A program made the position numbers and the translations under genes. The notes under the pieces were generated by a model, which saw only the letters and a list, made by a program, of their open reading frames with translations, was not told where the DNA came from and made no database searches. 64,000 nucleotides of DNA from an uncultured Mediterranea sp. (GTDB lineage Bacteria; Bacteroidota; Bacteroidia; Bacteroidales; Bacteroidaceae): assembly GCA_945879145.1 (NCBI GenBank), contig CAMCUZ010000006.1, positions 5,790 to 69,789 on the forward strand. Reading direction: 5' to 3'. Shown here piece after piece: positions 33,924 to 44,489 of the stretch; within the stretch, counting starts at the first letter, position 1; each line of letters begins with the position of its first letter.

Positions 33924-35888
33924 ATGATCTCTGTCGAAGGACTCAAGGTTGAATTTAACGCCACTCCGCTGTTTGAGGAGGTGTCATACGTCATTAATAA
34001 GAAAGACCGTATTGCCCTGGTAGGCAAGAATGGTGCAGGTAAATCCACTATGCTCAAGATTCTTGCCGGATTGCAGCAGCCCACGGATGGTGTGGTGGCT
34101 GTGCCGCGCGACTGCACTATCGGCTACCTGCCCCAGGTGATGAAGCTGGCCGACAGTCGTACCGTGATGCAGGAGGCGGAGCTGGCCTTTGAGCATATTT
34201 TCGAGATGCAGGCTGAGTTGGAGCGCATGAATCAGCAGTTGGCTGAGCGTACCGACTACGAGAGTGAAGCGTATCAGCAGCTCATCGAGCGTTTTACTCA
34301 TCTCAACGAACATTTTCTCTTGATGGGTGGTACGAACTACCGTGCTGAGCTGGAGCGTACATTGCAGGGACTCGGCTTCAGTCGCAGTGACTTTGATCGA
34401 CCTACCAGTGAGTTTTCGGGTGGATGGCGCATGCGCATTGAGCTGGCTAAGCTGCTGCTGCGCAAGCCCGATGTGCTGCTGCTCGACGAGCCTACTAACC
34501 ACCTCGATATTGAGAGTATCCAGTGGCTCGAACAGTTCCTTGCCACCAAGGCCAATGCTGTGGTGCTGGTCAGCCACGACCGTGCCTTCCTCAACAACGT
34601 CACCAACCGTACGATTGAAATATCCTGTGGACGCATCTACGACTACAAGGTGAAGTATGACGAGTTTGTCATCCTGCGCCGTGAGCGCCGTGAGCAGCAG
34701 CTCCGTGCATTCGAGAACCAGCAGAAGCAGATTGAAGATACTGAGGCCTTTATTGAGCGATTCAGATACAAGGCCACTAAGGCCGTGCAGGTACAGAGCC
34801 GCATCAAACAGCTCGAAAAGATTGAACGTATTGAGGTGGATGAGGAGGACAACTCCGCTCTCCGCCTTAAGTTTGTTTGCTCCTCGCGGAGTGGAAACTA
34901 CCCTGTGATATGCGACGAGGTGCGGAAGGCGTATGGCGAACATGTTGTGTTCGACCATGTCAATCTCACTATTCGTCGTGGTGAGAAAGTGGCCTTTGTG
35001 GGTAAGAATGGTGAGGGTAAGTCCACTCTGGTCAAGTGTATCATGGGCCAGGTAAACGACTATACCGGTCGGCTTACCCTGGGCCATCAGGTACAGATTG
35101 GATATTTTGCCCAGAATCAGGCGCAGCTGCTCGATGACAACCTGACGGTGTTCGACACCATCGACCGAGTGGCCGTGGGGGATATTCGTCTCAAGATACG
35201 TGACATCCTGGGTGCTTTCATGTTTGGTGGCGAGGCCTCAGAGAAGAAGGTCAAGGTACTGAGCGGTGGCGAACGAACCCGTTTGGCCATGATAAAGCTG
35301 TTGCTTGAACCGGTCAACTTCCTTATCCTCGACGAACCGACCAACCATCTTGATATGCGTTCAAAGGATATTCTCAAGGAGGCAATACGCGATTTCGATG
35401 GCACCGTCATCGTGGTAAGCCACGACCGTGACTTCCTCGATGGACTGGTTAGCAAGGTCTATGAGTTTGGCGGTGGCCGTGTGGTGGAGCATCTTGGCGG
35501 TATCTACGATTTCCTTCAGAAAAAGCAGCTTGAGACCCTGTCCGAACTGCAGCGTACCCCTTCACTTTCTGCCTCTTCGACCACAGCCTCAGCAACTCCT
35601 TCTAGCCTTGCCAATGCTGCTGATGCCCCTTCAGCCGGAAAGCTAAGTTACGAGGAACAGAAGGAACTCAATAAGCGCATCAAGAAGGCCGAGCGCCGCG
35701 TGGCAGAGTGTGAGCAGAGTATCACCGATACAGAGGCTGCCATCGCCATCATTGAAGAGCAGATGGCAACCCCAGAGGGCGCCTCCGATATGGCTCTCTA
35801 CGAGAAGCACCGTAAGCTCAAGGAACAGCTCGACCAAACCATGACCGAATGGGAGGCCGCTTCGATGGAACTGGAATCTCTGAAGTGA
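33924..35888 (+). CDS. ABC-F family ATP-binding protein
   Basis: Two NBDs (GKNGAGKS/FSGGW/LLLDEPTNHLD and GKNGEGKS/LSGGE/ILDEPTNHLD), no TM and a C-terminal coiled coil. Confidence 0.95.
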   Translation: MISVEGLKVEFNATPLFEEVSYVINKKDRIALVGKNGAGKSTMLKILAGLQQPTDGVVAVPRDCTIGYLPQVMKLADSRTVMQEAELAFEHIFEMQAELERMNQQLAERTDYESEAYQQLIERFTHLNEHFLLMGGTNYRAELERTLQGLGFSRSDFDRPTSEFSGGWRMRIELAKLLLRKPDVLLLDEPTNHLDIESIQWLEQFLATKANAVVLVSHDRAFLNNVTNRTIEISCGRIYDYKVKYDEFVILRRERREQQLRAFENQQKQIEDTEAFIERFRYKATKAVQVQSRIKQLEKIERIEVDEEDNSALRLKFVCSSRSGNYPVICDEVRKAYGEHVVFDHVNLTIRRGEKVAFVGKNGEGKSTLVKCIMGQVNDYTGRLTLGHQVQIGYFAQNQAQLLDDNLTVFDTIDRVAVGDIRLKIRDILGAFMFGGEASEKKVKVLSGGERTRLAMIKLLLEPVNFLILDEPTNHLDMRSKDILKEAIRDFDGTVIVVSHDRDFLDGLVSKVYEFGGGRVVEHLGGIYDFLQKKQLETLSELQRTPSLSASSTTASATPSSLANAADAPSAGKLSYEEQKELNKRIKKAERRVAECEQSITDTEAAIAIIEEQMATPEGASDMALYEKHRKLKEQLDQTMTEWEAASMELESLK

Positions 35889-35989
35889 ATTACGCTCTAG
35901 TGATGAAGGTTAGATGGCTGCTGCATCTATAAATGAACGACTTATTCATTGGGCTTCGGCTGGCGATGGAAGAGGTTGTTTAATTGGGC

Positions 35990-36031
35990 AAAAAAAAAGT
36001 CTGCTGAGCCTTTAGGGGCTCGTCAGACTTT
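35990..36031 (-). terminator. Intrinsic terminator of the small lipoprotein gene
   Basis: AAAGTCTG..GAGCC-loop-GGCTC..CAGACTTT with a T run on the minus strand. Confidence 0.75.
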
Positions 36032-36072
36032 CAATTCTCTCTGTAAGTGTTACCCTGTTTGGGGGAGTTTGC

Positions 36073-36297
36073 TTACTTCTGCTCAGCAGCAGCTTCGCCT
36101 TCTACGGCAGCAGCAGTCGTGTCGGCAGCAGCAGCTTCAGCAGCAGCCTGTTCAGCGGCAGCAGCCTCAGCAGCAGCGATAGAGTCAGCGATACGGATAG
36201 AATCAGCCTTAGCCTGTTCAGCGTCAGCAGCTTTGTTACCACAAGAAGCGAAAGATACAGCTACAATAGCAGCAGCCATCAAAACTAATTTCTTCAT
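36073..36297 (-). CDS. Small Ala-rich lipoprotein
   Basis: Lipobox FASC, own promoter TACCTTTG at 36350-36357 and own terminator. Confidence 0.85.
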   Translation of the reverse strand: MKKLVLMAAAIVAVSFASCGNKAADAEQAKADSIRIADSIAAAEAAAAEQAAAEAAAADTTAAAVEGEAAAEQK

Positions 36298-36602
36298 TTT
36301 CTTTTACCTTTAAAAACGTAATACAATCAATTGCTTTATTAAAACGCTGCAAAGGTAGGGAGTTTTTAAATACGTTGTTCTCCAAAAGCCATATTTTTTT
36401 TAGTTTTTTTTCGAGCTTTCGTTGTAACATTTGCTAAGTTATTGAAAATAAATATGTTGTATTTATGCTAAATAACATATTTCATTTGTATTACAGGCCT
36501 CACTTCTTAAAAATCGTTCATTTTAGGCTTCTACTATCGTCGTATGGCTGGTAGCAGTGGGCGATGACATCGACTTGTTGGGGCAGCAGACAATGGCTCC
36601 TT

Positions 36603-38279
36603 TTATGCTTCGGTCAAGTTGGTATAGAGGTAGCGTTTGATGCTGCGCTTTGGTGTCTTTTCGAACTCGGTGGGCCAGAGCTTGATGCGGGCTACCTTTT
36701 CGTAGGCTGCTACGCTGTTGTTCAGGTTCTTCAAGTTCTCGTCCATGATGGCCTTCACGCTCTCGGGAGTGTTGAGTCCCAGGCTGTCGAGGCCTTCGTA
36801 ATCGGCATAGACCAGAGCGATGAGTCGCTTCTCCTGCTCAATCACGAGACTCTCCATCACGAAGGGCATGTTGTTGAGTCGTGCCTCAATCTCCTCGGGG
36901 AAGATGTTCTGACCGCTTGAACTGAGAATCATCGTCTTGCTGCGTCCGCGGATGAAGAGGTTACCCTGCTCATCGAGGGTACCTAGGTCGCCCGTGCGCA
37001 GCCAGCCGTCATCGGTAAATACTTCGCGGGTCGCTTCGGGGTTTTTGTAATAGCCAGCCATCACGTGTTCACCTCGCACCTGTATTTCGCCCAGTCGGTC
37101 TTCAGGCTTTTCCTTGGCGATGCGTGCCTCCATGTAGCCCTTCAGTATGCGGCCTGACGAGGTGAGCACGAATTCACTCCAGGGGGCGTAGCTGATGAGG
37201 GGTGCACACTCTGTCATGCCGTAGCCTATAGTGAAGGGGAATTTGATGCGGTGGAAGAACTCCTCCACTTCGGGGTTCATGGCTGCTCCGCCAATGATGA
37301 CCTCTTTGAAACGTCCACCTAGTGCTTCGACCAGCTTCTTGCGTATCTGTCCATAGATACGGTTGTCCAGGTAGGGAATGCTCAGCGCCCACTTCATGCT
37401 GCGCTTATTGATGATGGGCTGGATGACGTTCTTGTAGATTTTCTCAATGACCAGAGGCACGGTGATAATCAGGTTGGGCTTTACTTCACCAAAGGCCTTC
37501 ATTAGGATTTTGGGTGAGGGGGTCTTGCCCAGCAGGAAAATGTGCGCTCCCACGGCGGTGCCCGTCAAGAAGTCGAACGCGCAACCGTAGGCGTGGGCCA
37601 GGGGAAGGAACGAGAGCACACGATCGCCACGGTTCAGCAACTGGCTGTGAATGCCAAACACCACGTTGCCCGCCAGGTTATTGCCCGTCAGCATCACTCC
37701 CTTGCTGAATCCCGTGGTGCCTGAGGTATAGTTGAGTAGCATCACCTTCTCATTGCCCAGCTCGGTGTAGTTTACGTGCTGGGGTCCAAAACCCTCAGGA
37801 TAGGCCTCCTCCATGGCCGAATCAGCTTGCCGGAGAAAGCGCTGAATCGTTTCGCCGTCACGCTGGTAGAGGCAGCGGTAGTCGTTGAGAGAGAATACGC
37901 CACGCAGTCCTGTCAGTCGTTCTTCCTCAAGCTGTTCCCAGATGTTGTCTCCAACGAAGAGAAATACTGATTCTGAGTGGTTGACGATGTGGTGCACATC
38001 GTTGGGGTTGAAGTCTTGCAAGATAGGCACTATGATGGCGCCGTAAGTTACCGTAGCCATGTAGGCGATGCACCAACGGGCATTATTCTTGCCGATTAGG
38101 GCAATCTTGTCGCCACGCCGCAACTGGCAGTGTTTAAAAAGTAGGTGCATCCGCGCTATCTCGCGCGCCACCTCGCCGTAGGTATAACTTTCGCTTTCGC
38201 CGTAATTGCTGTAGCACGGAAGTTCCCAATGCTCGCGGAAACTCTGCTCATAAATCTTGATGAAGTTCTCTTTAATCAT
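36603..38279 (-). CDS. Long-chain fatty acid-CoA ligase
   Basis: YTSGTTGFSKG, GYGMTE, WLRTGDLG and GQNIFPEEIE motifs. Start reassigned to MIKENF. Confidence 0.93.
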   Translation of the reverse strand: MIKENFIKIYEQSFREHWELPCYSNYGESESYTYGEVAREIARMHLLFKHCQLRRGDKIALIGKNNARWCIAYMATVTYGAIIVPILQDFNPNDVHHIVNHSESVFLFVGDNIWEQLEEERLTGLRGVFSLNDYRCLYQRDGETIQRFLRQADSAMEEAYPEGFGPQHVNYTELGNEKVMLLNYTSGTTGFSKGVMLTGNNLAGNVVFGIHSQLLNRGDRVLSFLPLAHAYGCAFDFLTGTAVGAHIFLLGKTPSPKILMKAFGEVKPNLIITVPLVIEKIYKNVIQPIINKRSMKWALSIPYLDNRIYGQIRKKLVEALGGRFKEVIIGGAAMNPEVEEFFHRIKFPFTIGYGMTECAPLISYAPWSEFVLTSSGRILKGYMEARIAKEKPEDRLGEIQVRGEHVMAGYYKNPEATREVFTDDGWLRTGDLGTLDEQGNLFIRGRSKTMILSSSGQNIFPEEIEARLNNMPFVMESLVIEQEKRLIALVYADYEGLDSLGLNTPESVKAIMDENLKNLNNSVAAYEKVARIKLWPTEFEKTPKRSIKRYLYTNLTEA

Positions 38280-38455
38280 CTCTTCTGGTCGTTTATGTAT
38301 TTTGGATATTGCACATTTCTTGTTTCTGTGTGCAAAAATAAGTATTCTTCTTGGAATAGACCTTATATAAGAGGAGAAAAATGTATAAATTCGCAAAAAA
38401 ATGGTGCTTTTTGCTGAGTTTCCACTACTTTTGTGGCCATAAATACGAGAATAGC

Positions 38456-39778
38456 ATGATAGATACCGCGATATTCCAAGACAAGACGGCCGTATTCTAT
38501 ACGCTCGGCTGCAAGCTTAACTTTGCCGAGACCTCATCCATCGGGCAACTACTGCGTCAAGCAGGGGTGCGTACGGCACGTCGGGGTGAGCAGGCTGACC
38601 TCTGTGTCATCAATACCTGCTCTGTCACCGAAGTGGCCGACAAGAAGTGCCGCCAGGCCATTCATCGTCTGGTGGCCCAGCATCCCGGTGCCTTTGTGGT
38701 AGTAACCGGATGTTATGCCCAGCTTAAGCCTGAGACAGTGGCCGCCATACCTGGCGTGGATGTGGTGCTTGGTGCCGAACAGAAGGGTGACTTGCTCCAC
38801 TATCTAGGCAACCTGCAGAAGCGAACCGCAGGTGGTGAGGCCTTCACCTCGAAGCTCAAGGATATTCGAAGCTTCGCCCCATCCTGTTCGCGCGGGGACC
38901 GTACCCGCTTCTTCCTTAAGGTGCAAGATGGCTGTGACTATTACTGTACCTACTGTACCATCCCTCTGGCTCGTGGGCGTAGCCGCAACGGCAGCGTGGC
39001 TTCACTGGTGGAGCAGGCCCGGTGGGCAGCTGCCGAGGGAGGTAAGGAGATTGTCATTACCGGCGTCAATATTGGCGACTTTGGCAAAAGTACTGGTGAG
39101 CAGTTCATTGACCTTTGCCGTGCCCTTGATGAGGTAGAGGGCATCGAGCGCTACCGCATCTCCAGTATCGAGCCCAACCTGCTCAGCGATGACCTGATTC
39201 GCTTTGTGGCCCAGAGTCGCCGCTTCATGCCTCATTTCCACATCCCTCTGCAGAGTGGATGCAACGAGGTGCTCCGCTTGATGCACCGCCGCTACGATAC
39301 GAACCTCTTTGCCCACCGCATCTCTGAGATTCGCCGTCTGATGCCCGATGCCTTTATCGGTGTGGATGTCATCGTAGGCACTCGTGGAGAGACCGATGAC
39401 TACTTTGAGCAGACCTACCGCTTTTTGCAGCAGATGGAGGTGACGCAGCTTCATGTCTTCAGCTACAGCGAGCGCCCTGGAACACAGGCCCTGAAGATTG
39501 ACTACGTGGTGCCTCCACAGCTCAAGCATGAACGCAGTCAACGCCTGCTTCAGCTTAGTGAGGAGAAGACCCATGCTTTCTATGCTCGCCACATCGGTGC
39601 TACGCTGCCCGTCTTGCTGGAGCGATCCAAGCCTGGACAGCCCATGCATGGCTTTACGCCCAACTACATTCGTGTAGAGGTGCCTCGCAATGATGCGCTC
39701 GATAACCAGGTTGTTTCCCTTCGTCTAGGACCCTTTAACACCGACTCCACTGCCCTGCTGGGGGAGGAGTGTTTTTGA
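38456..39778 (+). CDS. mtaB: tRNA t6A37 methylthiotransferase
   Basis: TLGCKLNFAE, INTCSVT, VTGCYAQ and KVQDGCDYYCTYC (radical SAM). Promoter TACTTTTG at 38426-38433. Confidence 0.93.
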   Translation: MIDTAIFQDKTAVFYTLGCKLNFAETSSIGQLLRQAGVRTARRGEQADLCVINTCSVTEVADKKCRQAIHRLVAQHPGAFVVVTGCYAQLKPETVAAIPGVDVVLGAEQKGDLLHYLGNLQKRTAGGEAFTSKLKDIRSFAPSCSRGDRTRFFLKVQDGCDYYCTYCTIPLARGRSRNGSVASLVEQARWAAAEGGKEIVITGVNIGDFGKSTGEQFIDLCRALDEVEGIERYRISSIEPNLLSDDLIRFVAQSRRFMPHFHIPLQSGCNEVLRLMHRRYDTNLFAHRISEIRRLMPDAFIGVDVIVGTRGETDDYFEQTYRFLQQMEVTQLHVFSYSERPGTQALKIDYVVPPQLKHERSQRLLQLSEEKTHAFYARHIGATLPVLLERSKPGQPMHGFTPNYIRVEVPRNDALDNQVVSLRLGPFNTDSTALLGEECF

Positions 39779-39844
39779 TAAAGGGGCAATGAATATGAAT
39801 GATACTTTCACATGACACAACTAACTCTTCAATAATAGTAAACG

Positions 39845-40870
39845 ATGATTGCAGTCATAATCTTGAATTGGAATGGTTCTGAAATGCTTCGGCGCTTCCT
39901 TCCTTCGGTGGTCAGCTACAGCGAGGTTGATGGTGCCGTGGTCTATGTGGCAGACAACGGTTCTACTGACGACTCTGTAGAGATGGTTTGCCGCGAGTTT
40001 CCCACTGTGCATCTCATCCTGCTTGAAGAGAACTACGGCTTTGCCGAGGGCTATAATCGAGCCATCAAGCAGGTGCATGAAGAGTATGTGGTGATGCTCA
40101 ACAGCGATGTGGAGGTCACTCCCCATTGGCTCATTCCCCTGCGCAACTACCTGGATTCCCACCTTGAGGTGGCAGCCTGCCAGCCTAAGCTGCTGAGCTA
40201 TACCCAACGAAGCCACTTCGAGTATGCCGGGGCTGCTGGTGGTTACATCGACCGCTACGGTTACCCCTTTTGCCGTGGACGGCTGATGCAGTGCATAGAA
40301 GAAGATCATGGTCAATATGACACAATCGCACCTGTTTTCTGGGCTTCGGGTGCCGCCCTTTTTATCCGCAGGGCTGATTATGAGGCTGCAGGAGGACTAG
40401 ATGCCCGCTTCTTTGCCCACATGGAGGAGATTGACCTCTGCTGGCGCCTGCGTGCACGGGGTAGGGGTATTGCCTGTGTACCTCAGAGCGTGGTCTATCA
40501 CGTGGGTGGTGCCACCTTGAAGCGCGAGAATCCCAACAAGACCTACCTCAATTTCCGCAACAATCTGCTGATGATCTATAAGAATCTACCTCCGAGAGAC
40601 CTGCTCTATGTGCTGCGCATGCGCTGCTTGCTTGACCATTTAGCTGCTTTCAGTTTTTTGCTCAAGGGACAGTGGTCTAACGCTTTGGCCGTTTGGCAGG
40701 CCCGTCGTGAATTCCGCCGACTGAAGCCCTTGCTTGCTATCCAGCGCGCTGACAACCTGCGCCACGCGCGATTCGACTGTATTCCCGAGCGTGCCCACTT
40801 TTCGCTGCTCATCAGCTACTATCTCCGCTTTGAGCGTCGCTTCAGCCAGCTTAAGCATATCAAGTTGTAA
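39845..40870 (+). CDS. Family 2 glycosyltransferase
   Basis: [28 protein letters not shown] and EEIDLCWR motifs. Confidence 0.92.
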   Translation: MIAVIILNWNGSEMLRRFLPSVVSYSEVDGAVVYVADNGSTDDSVEMVCREFPTVHLILLEENYGFAEGYNRAIKQVHEEYVVMLNSDVEVTPHWLIPLRNYLDSHLEVAACQPKLLSYTQRSHFEYAGAAGGYIDRYGYPFCRGRLMQCIEEDHGQYDTIAPVFWASGAALFIRRADYEAAGGLDARFFAHMEEIDLCWRLRARGRGIACVPQSVVYHVGGATLKRENPNKTYLNFRNNLLMIYKNLPPRDLLYVLRMRCLLDHLAAFSFLLKGQWSNALAVWQARREFRRLKPLLAIQRADNLRHARFDCIPERAHFSLLISYYLRFERRFSQLKHIKL

Positions 40871-41469
40871 TGATGAATGGAATGAATAAAAGAACGCTTT
40901 CAGGCCGGAAAATCGGTATTTACAGTGGGTCGTTCAACCCAGTGCATATCGGCCATTTGGCCTTAGCCAACTACCTCTGTGAGTTTGAGGGGGTGGATGA
41001 GGTGTGGTTTCTCGTTACACCCCATAACCCCCTAAAGGAGCAGGGCGAACTGATGGACGATGAACTGCGACTGCGCCTGGTACAGCTGGCGGTAGAGGGG
41101 TACCCACGCTTTCGTGCTTCAGACTTTGAGTTTCACCTGCCGCGACCTTCCTACTCCATCCATACGCTGGAGGCACTACGCCGCAGCTATCCTGAGACGG
41201 AGTTTACGCTCATTATCGGGTCGGACAACTGGCTCTGCTTTGATCGCTGGTTTGAGGCGAAGCGCATCGTGAGTGAGTTTGGCTTGCTGATTTATCCGCG
41301 GCCTGGCTTCGAGGTGGACGAGACCATGCTGCCACCTCATGTGCGCATGGTCCATGCTCCCTGCATCGAGGTGAGCTCCACCTTCGTTCGTCAAGCCTTG
41401 CGTCAAGGAAAGGATGTGAGGTTTTTCCTCCCTGCAAAGGTGTATGACGAGGTCAAAATGCTATTTTAA
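40870..41469 (+). CDS. nadD: Nicotinate-nucleotide adenylyltransferase
   Basis: [23 protein letters not shown] and VSST motifs. Confidence 0.95.
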   Translation: MMNGMNKRTLSGRKIGIYSGSFNPVHIGHLALANYLCEFEGVDEVWFLVTPHNPLKEQGELMDDELRLRLVQLAVEGYPRFRASDFEFHLPRPSYSIHTLEALRRSYPETEFTLIIGSDNWLCFDRWFEAKRIVSEFGLLIYPRPGFEVDETMLPPHVRMVHAPCIEVSSTFVRQALRQGKDVRFFLPAKVYDEVKMLF

Positions 41470-41560
41470 ATCGAAATAGTCTGGGCCATCTGTCACTATC
41501 TGTTGCCTAAGTTCGTGGCATCTGCACTCCATGAAAAACGCAACAGATAAAGTATGGGGT

Positions 41561-42121
41561 TCAGCGCAGGAACTGCTCTACGGTGTGCAGCAACTCTTGG
41601 CTGGCGCGCTGCAGGTCATCGTTTACAATGGTGCAGTCGAATCGTGGGGCATAGCCCAACTCAAAGGCGGCCTTGTCCAGACGTGACTTAATCACCTCGG
41701 GGCTGTCGGTACCGCGCTGCTCCAATCGGTGGCGTAGCTCTTCAATCGAGGGGGGCTGTATGAAGATGGAGAGGGCGCGGTCAGCGTACTGCTCCTTGAT
41801 GTGGCAACCGCCCAGCACATCGACATCGAGAATCACGTTTTGACCTGCGGCCAACTGACCCTCGACCTGCGATCGCAGTGTCCCATAGTAGCGACCGGGA
41901 TAGACCTCTTCGTACTCCAAAAACTCGCCTCGAGCTATGCGTTCGGCAAATTCCTCAGAACTAAGGAAGTAGTACTCCACACCGTGCTGTTCAGTGCCCC
42001 GAGGCGGACGGCTGGTGGCTGAGATGGAGAAGTGGAGGTTGAGGGGATGCTCCATCAACCGATGAATCAGGGTGGACTTGCCCGAACCTGAGGGGGCAGA
42101 GATGATGATGATTTTTGCCAT
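41561..42121 (-). CDS. gmk: Guanylate kinase
   Basis: SAPSGSGKST, SATSRPPRG, EYEEVY..YYGT and LDVDV motifs. Confidence 0.96.
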   Translation of the reverse strand: MAKIIIISAPSGSGKSTLIHRLMEHPLNLHFSISATSRPPRGTEQHGVEYYFLSSEEFAERIARGEFLEYEEVYPGRYYGTLRSQVEGQLAAGQNVILDVDVLGGCHIKEQYADRALSIFIQPPSIEELRHRLEQRGTDSPEVIKSRLDKAAFELGYAPRFDCTIVNDDLQRASQELLHTVEQFLR

Positions 42122-42147
42122 GGCTGTGATAGAGGGGTTAAAGGGTA

Positions 42148-43026
42148 TTACATCACGTTGAGTACCTGCTCCTTGATTTGCTCGAGTTCGTCCTTCATCT
42201 GCACTACGATGTTCTGCATGGTGGCATGGTTGCTCTTGCTGCCTAAGGTATTAATTTCTCGACCCATCTCCTGAGCAATGAAGCCCAGCTTTTTGCCCTG
42301 GCCGTGGCCGGAAGCAAGGGTGTCAAGAAAGTAGTTGAGGTGGTTGGAGAGCCGCTGTTTCTCTTCGTTTACATCGAGTTTCTCAATGTAGTAAATCAAC
42401 TCCTGCTCCAGTCTATTCTTGTCGTAATCTACGTCAACGGTCTTCTGAAGTGCCTCAAGGATACGCTCACGGATTTTTCCAACGCGCTCTTTCTCGTAGG
42501 GTTCAATCTCTTGCAAAAGGTGGCTGATGTTAGAAATTTTTTCTCTAAATTTCTGCTCCAGCGCAGCTCCCTCTTGGCGGCGGAATGCTTCGAGATTAGC
42601 CAGTGCCTCTTCGATGCCGGTATAGACAGCGGTCCACTCATCATCGGTTAGCTCGGTGCTCTCAACGCGAGTCAGCACGTCGGGCATGCGCATCAGTGTG
42701 GCAAACCAATCTTCAGGCTCTGGAATGCCTGTAAGAGTGTGTATCTCTTTAACTTGCTTATAGTAAGATACAAGAAGTTCGCTGTTGATAGGGGTAGCTG
42801 CCGCTGCGGTTTCGTTCTTCTCTATCCAAATGGTGAAATCCACCTTACCCCGCTCTAACCGGCGGGCTATCTCGTTGCGTAGCTCCATTTCCTTTTCGCG
42901 GTAGAGTGGGGCCACGCGGGTGGAGAGGTCGAGCGCCTTACTGTTGAGCGACTTGACCTCGATGTTAACTTTTTTATCACTAAGTGCCACGGTCGCCTTG
43001 CCGTAGCCTGTCATTGACTGTATCAT
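42148..43026 (-). CDS. yicC: YicC/YloC family endoribonuclease
   Basis: MIQSMTGYG and GKKLGFIAQEMGREINTLGSK motifs. Confidence 0.95.
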   Translation of the reverse strand: MIQSMTGYGKATVALSDKKVNIEVKSLNSKALDLSTRVAPLYREKEMELRNEIARRLERGKVDFTIWIEKNETAAAATPINSELLVSYYKQVKEIHTLTGIPEPEDWFATLMRMPDVLTRVESTELTDDEWTAVYTGIEEALANLEAFRRQEGAALEQKFREKISNISHLLQEIEPYEKERVGKIRERILEALQKTVDVDYDKNRLEQELIYYIEKLDVNEEKQRLSNHLNYFLDTLASGHGQGKKLGFIAQEMGREINTLGSKSNHATMQNIVVQMKDELEQIKEQVLNVM

Positions 43027-43114
43027 AATGCTTCTTAAGTTTTGTGCAAAAATACGTGATTATTTTAATAAATGGAAATAATCCGCTATTTTTGTAGCTT
43101 GAAATTTGAAAATC

Positions 43115-43810
43115 ATGTCGAGACTATTGCATATTGAGACCTCCACACAGGCCTGTTCGGTGGCCGTGAGCGAGGAGGGGCAGACCCTCTTCATCAAGGA
43201 GGATTTGGATGGACCCAACCACAACGTGAAGTTGGGCGTGTTTGTCGATGAGGCACTGTCATTTGCCGACAGTCATGCCTTGCCACTGGATGCCGTGGCC
43301 GTAAGCTGCGGACCGGGTTCTTATACGGGCCTGCGTATCGGAGTATCGATGGCCAAAGGGGTATGCTACGGCCGTAATTTGAAGCTCATCGGGCTTCCCA
43401 CGCTACAGGTGATGAGTGTGCCTGTGCTCCTATACCACGACGAGATGGAAGAGGATGCCCTGCTCTGCCCTATGATTGATGCTCGGCGTATGGAGGTGTA
43501 TGCGGCCCTTTATGATCGTGCGCTGCGCTCTGTGCGCGACACGCAGGCCGATATCGTGACTCCTGAAACTTACCGCAGCTACCTAGACGAGCGGCCCATC
43601 TACTTCTTCGGTTCCGGGGCTGAGAAGTGCAAGGAGGTGCTCATGCACCCCAATGCTCGCTTTATCGATGGCATACGCCCCTTGGCCCGACACATGTGCC
43701 CCTTGGCTGAGAAGGCCATCGCTATGGAGCGTTACGAAGACGTGGCCTACTTCGAACCCTTCTATCTCAAGGAGTTTGTAGCCGGCAAACCTAAGAATCT
43801 GCTACAATAA
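43115..43810 (+). CDS. tsaB: tRNA threonylcarbamoyladenosine biosynthesis protein
   Basis: LHIETST, GPGSYTGLRIG and PMIDARRMEVY motifs. Divergent promoter boxes at 43047-43054 (-) and 43087-43094 (+). Confidence 0.95.
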   Translation: MSRLLHIETSTQACSVAVSEEGQTLFIKEDLDGPNHNVKLGVFVDEALSFADSHALPLDAVAVSCGPGSYTGLRIGVSMAKGVCYGRNLKLIGLPTLQVMSVPVLLYHDEMEEDALLCPMIDARRMEVYAALYDRALRSVRDTQADIVTPETYRSYLDERPIYFFGSGAEKCKEVLMHPNARFIDGIRPLARHMCPLAEKAIAMERYEDVAYFEPFYLKEFVAGKPKNLLQ

Positions 43811-43832
43811 ACTAAAAAAAATTACGAATTAT

Positions 43833-44465
43833 ATGTTACAATACAACACCCAAAAAAAGAAAATGGCGCTGCCGGAGTATGGACGCAGCGTGCAGAGCAT
43901 GGTGGACCATGCGTTGACTATTGCTGATCGTGCTGAACGTCAGCGCTGCGCCAACACCATCATCACCATTATGGGCAACATGTTTCCCGCACAAGAGCGC
44001 GAGGCGGCTGATTTTAAACATAAGTTGTGGGACCACTTGGCCATTATGAGCGACTTCAAGCTCGATGTGGACTACCCCTTCGACGTCATGGCCAAGGAAC
44101 GTATGCCCAAGTTTCCACAGCCAGTGCCTTACGTACAGTCGCACATCCGCTTCCGCCACTATGGACGTCTAGTGGAGCAGCTCATACAGCAAATCTGCGA
44201 CATGCCCGATGGCGATGAGAAGATGAATTTGCTGGCCATGCTCTGTAACCAAATGAAGAAAGACTACATCACCTGGAACAAAGACACCATCGACAATGCC
44301 AAAATCAATCAGGACTTGATGGAGCTGAGCAAGGGACAACTATCCATTACCCCTGAACTGGCCAGACTGATGGATCGCCGTGTGGCACAGAACTTCCGAC
44401 CCAACGGCCCGCAACGACGCAACAATCAAGGTGCACCGGGCAACCGCAACAAAAAGAAGTATTGA
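43833..44465 (+). CDS. DUF4290 family protein
   Basis: YNT..LPEYGRSVQSMV, KLWDHL and MKKDY..WN motifs. Confidence 0.85.
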   Translation: MLQYNTQKKKMALPEYGRSVQSMVDHALTIADRAERQRCANTIITIMGNMFPAQEREAADFKHKLWDHLAIMSDFKLDVDYPFDVMAKERMPKFPQPVPYVQSHIRFRHYGRLVEQLIQQICDMPDGDEKMNLLAMLCNQMKKDYITWNKDTIDNAKINQDLMELSKGQLSITPELARLMDRRVAQNFRPNGPQRRNNQGAPGNRNKKKY

Positions 44466-44489
44466 CGCAATGGGCGGAGAGTAACTATT

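Noticed and set aside
33924-35888. ABC-F as an antibiotic-resistance (ARE) gene
   Set aside because: Housekeeping context with no leader peptide or mobile element. The subfamily cannot be assigned by eye.
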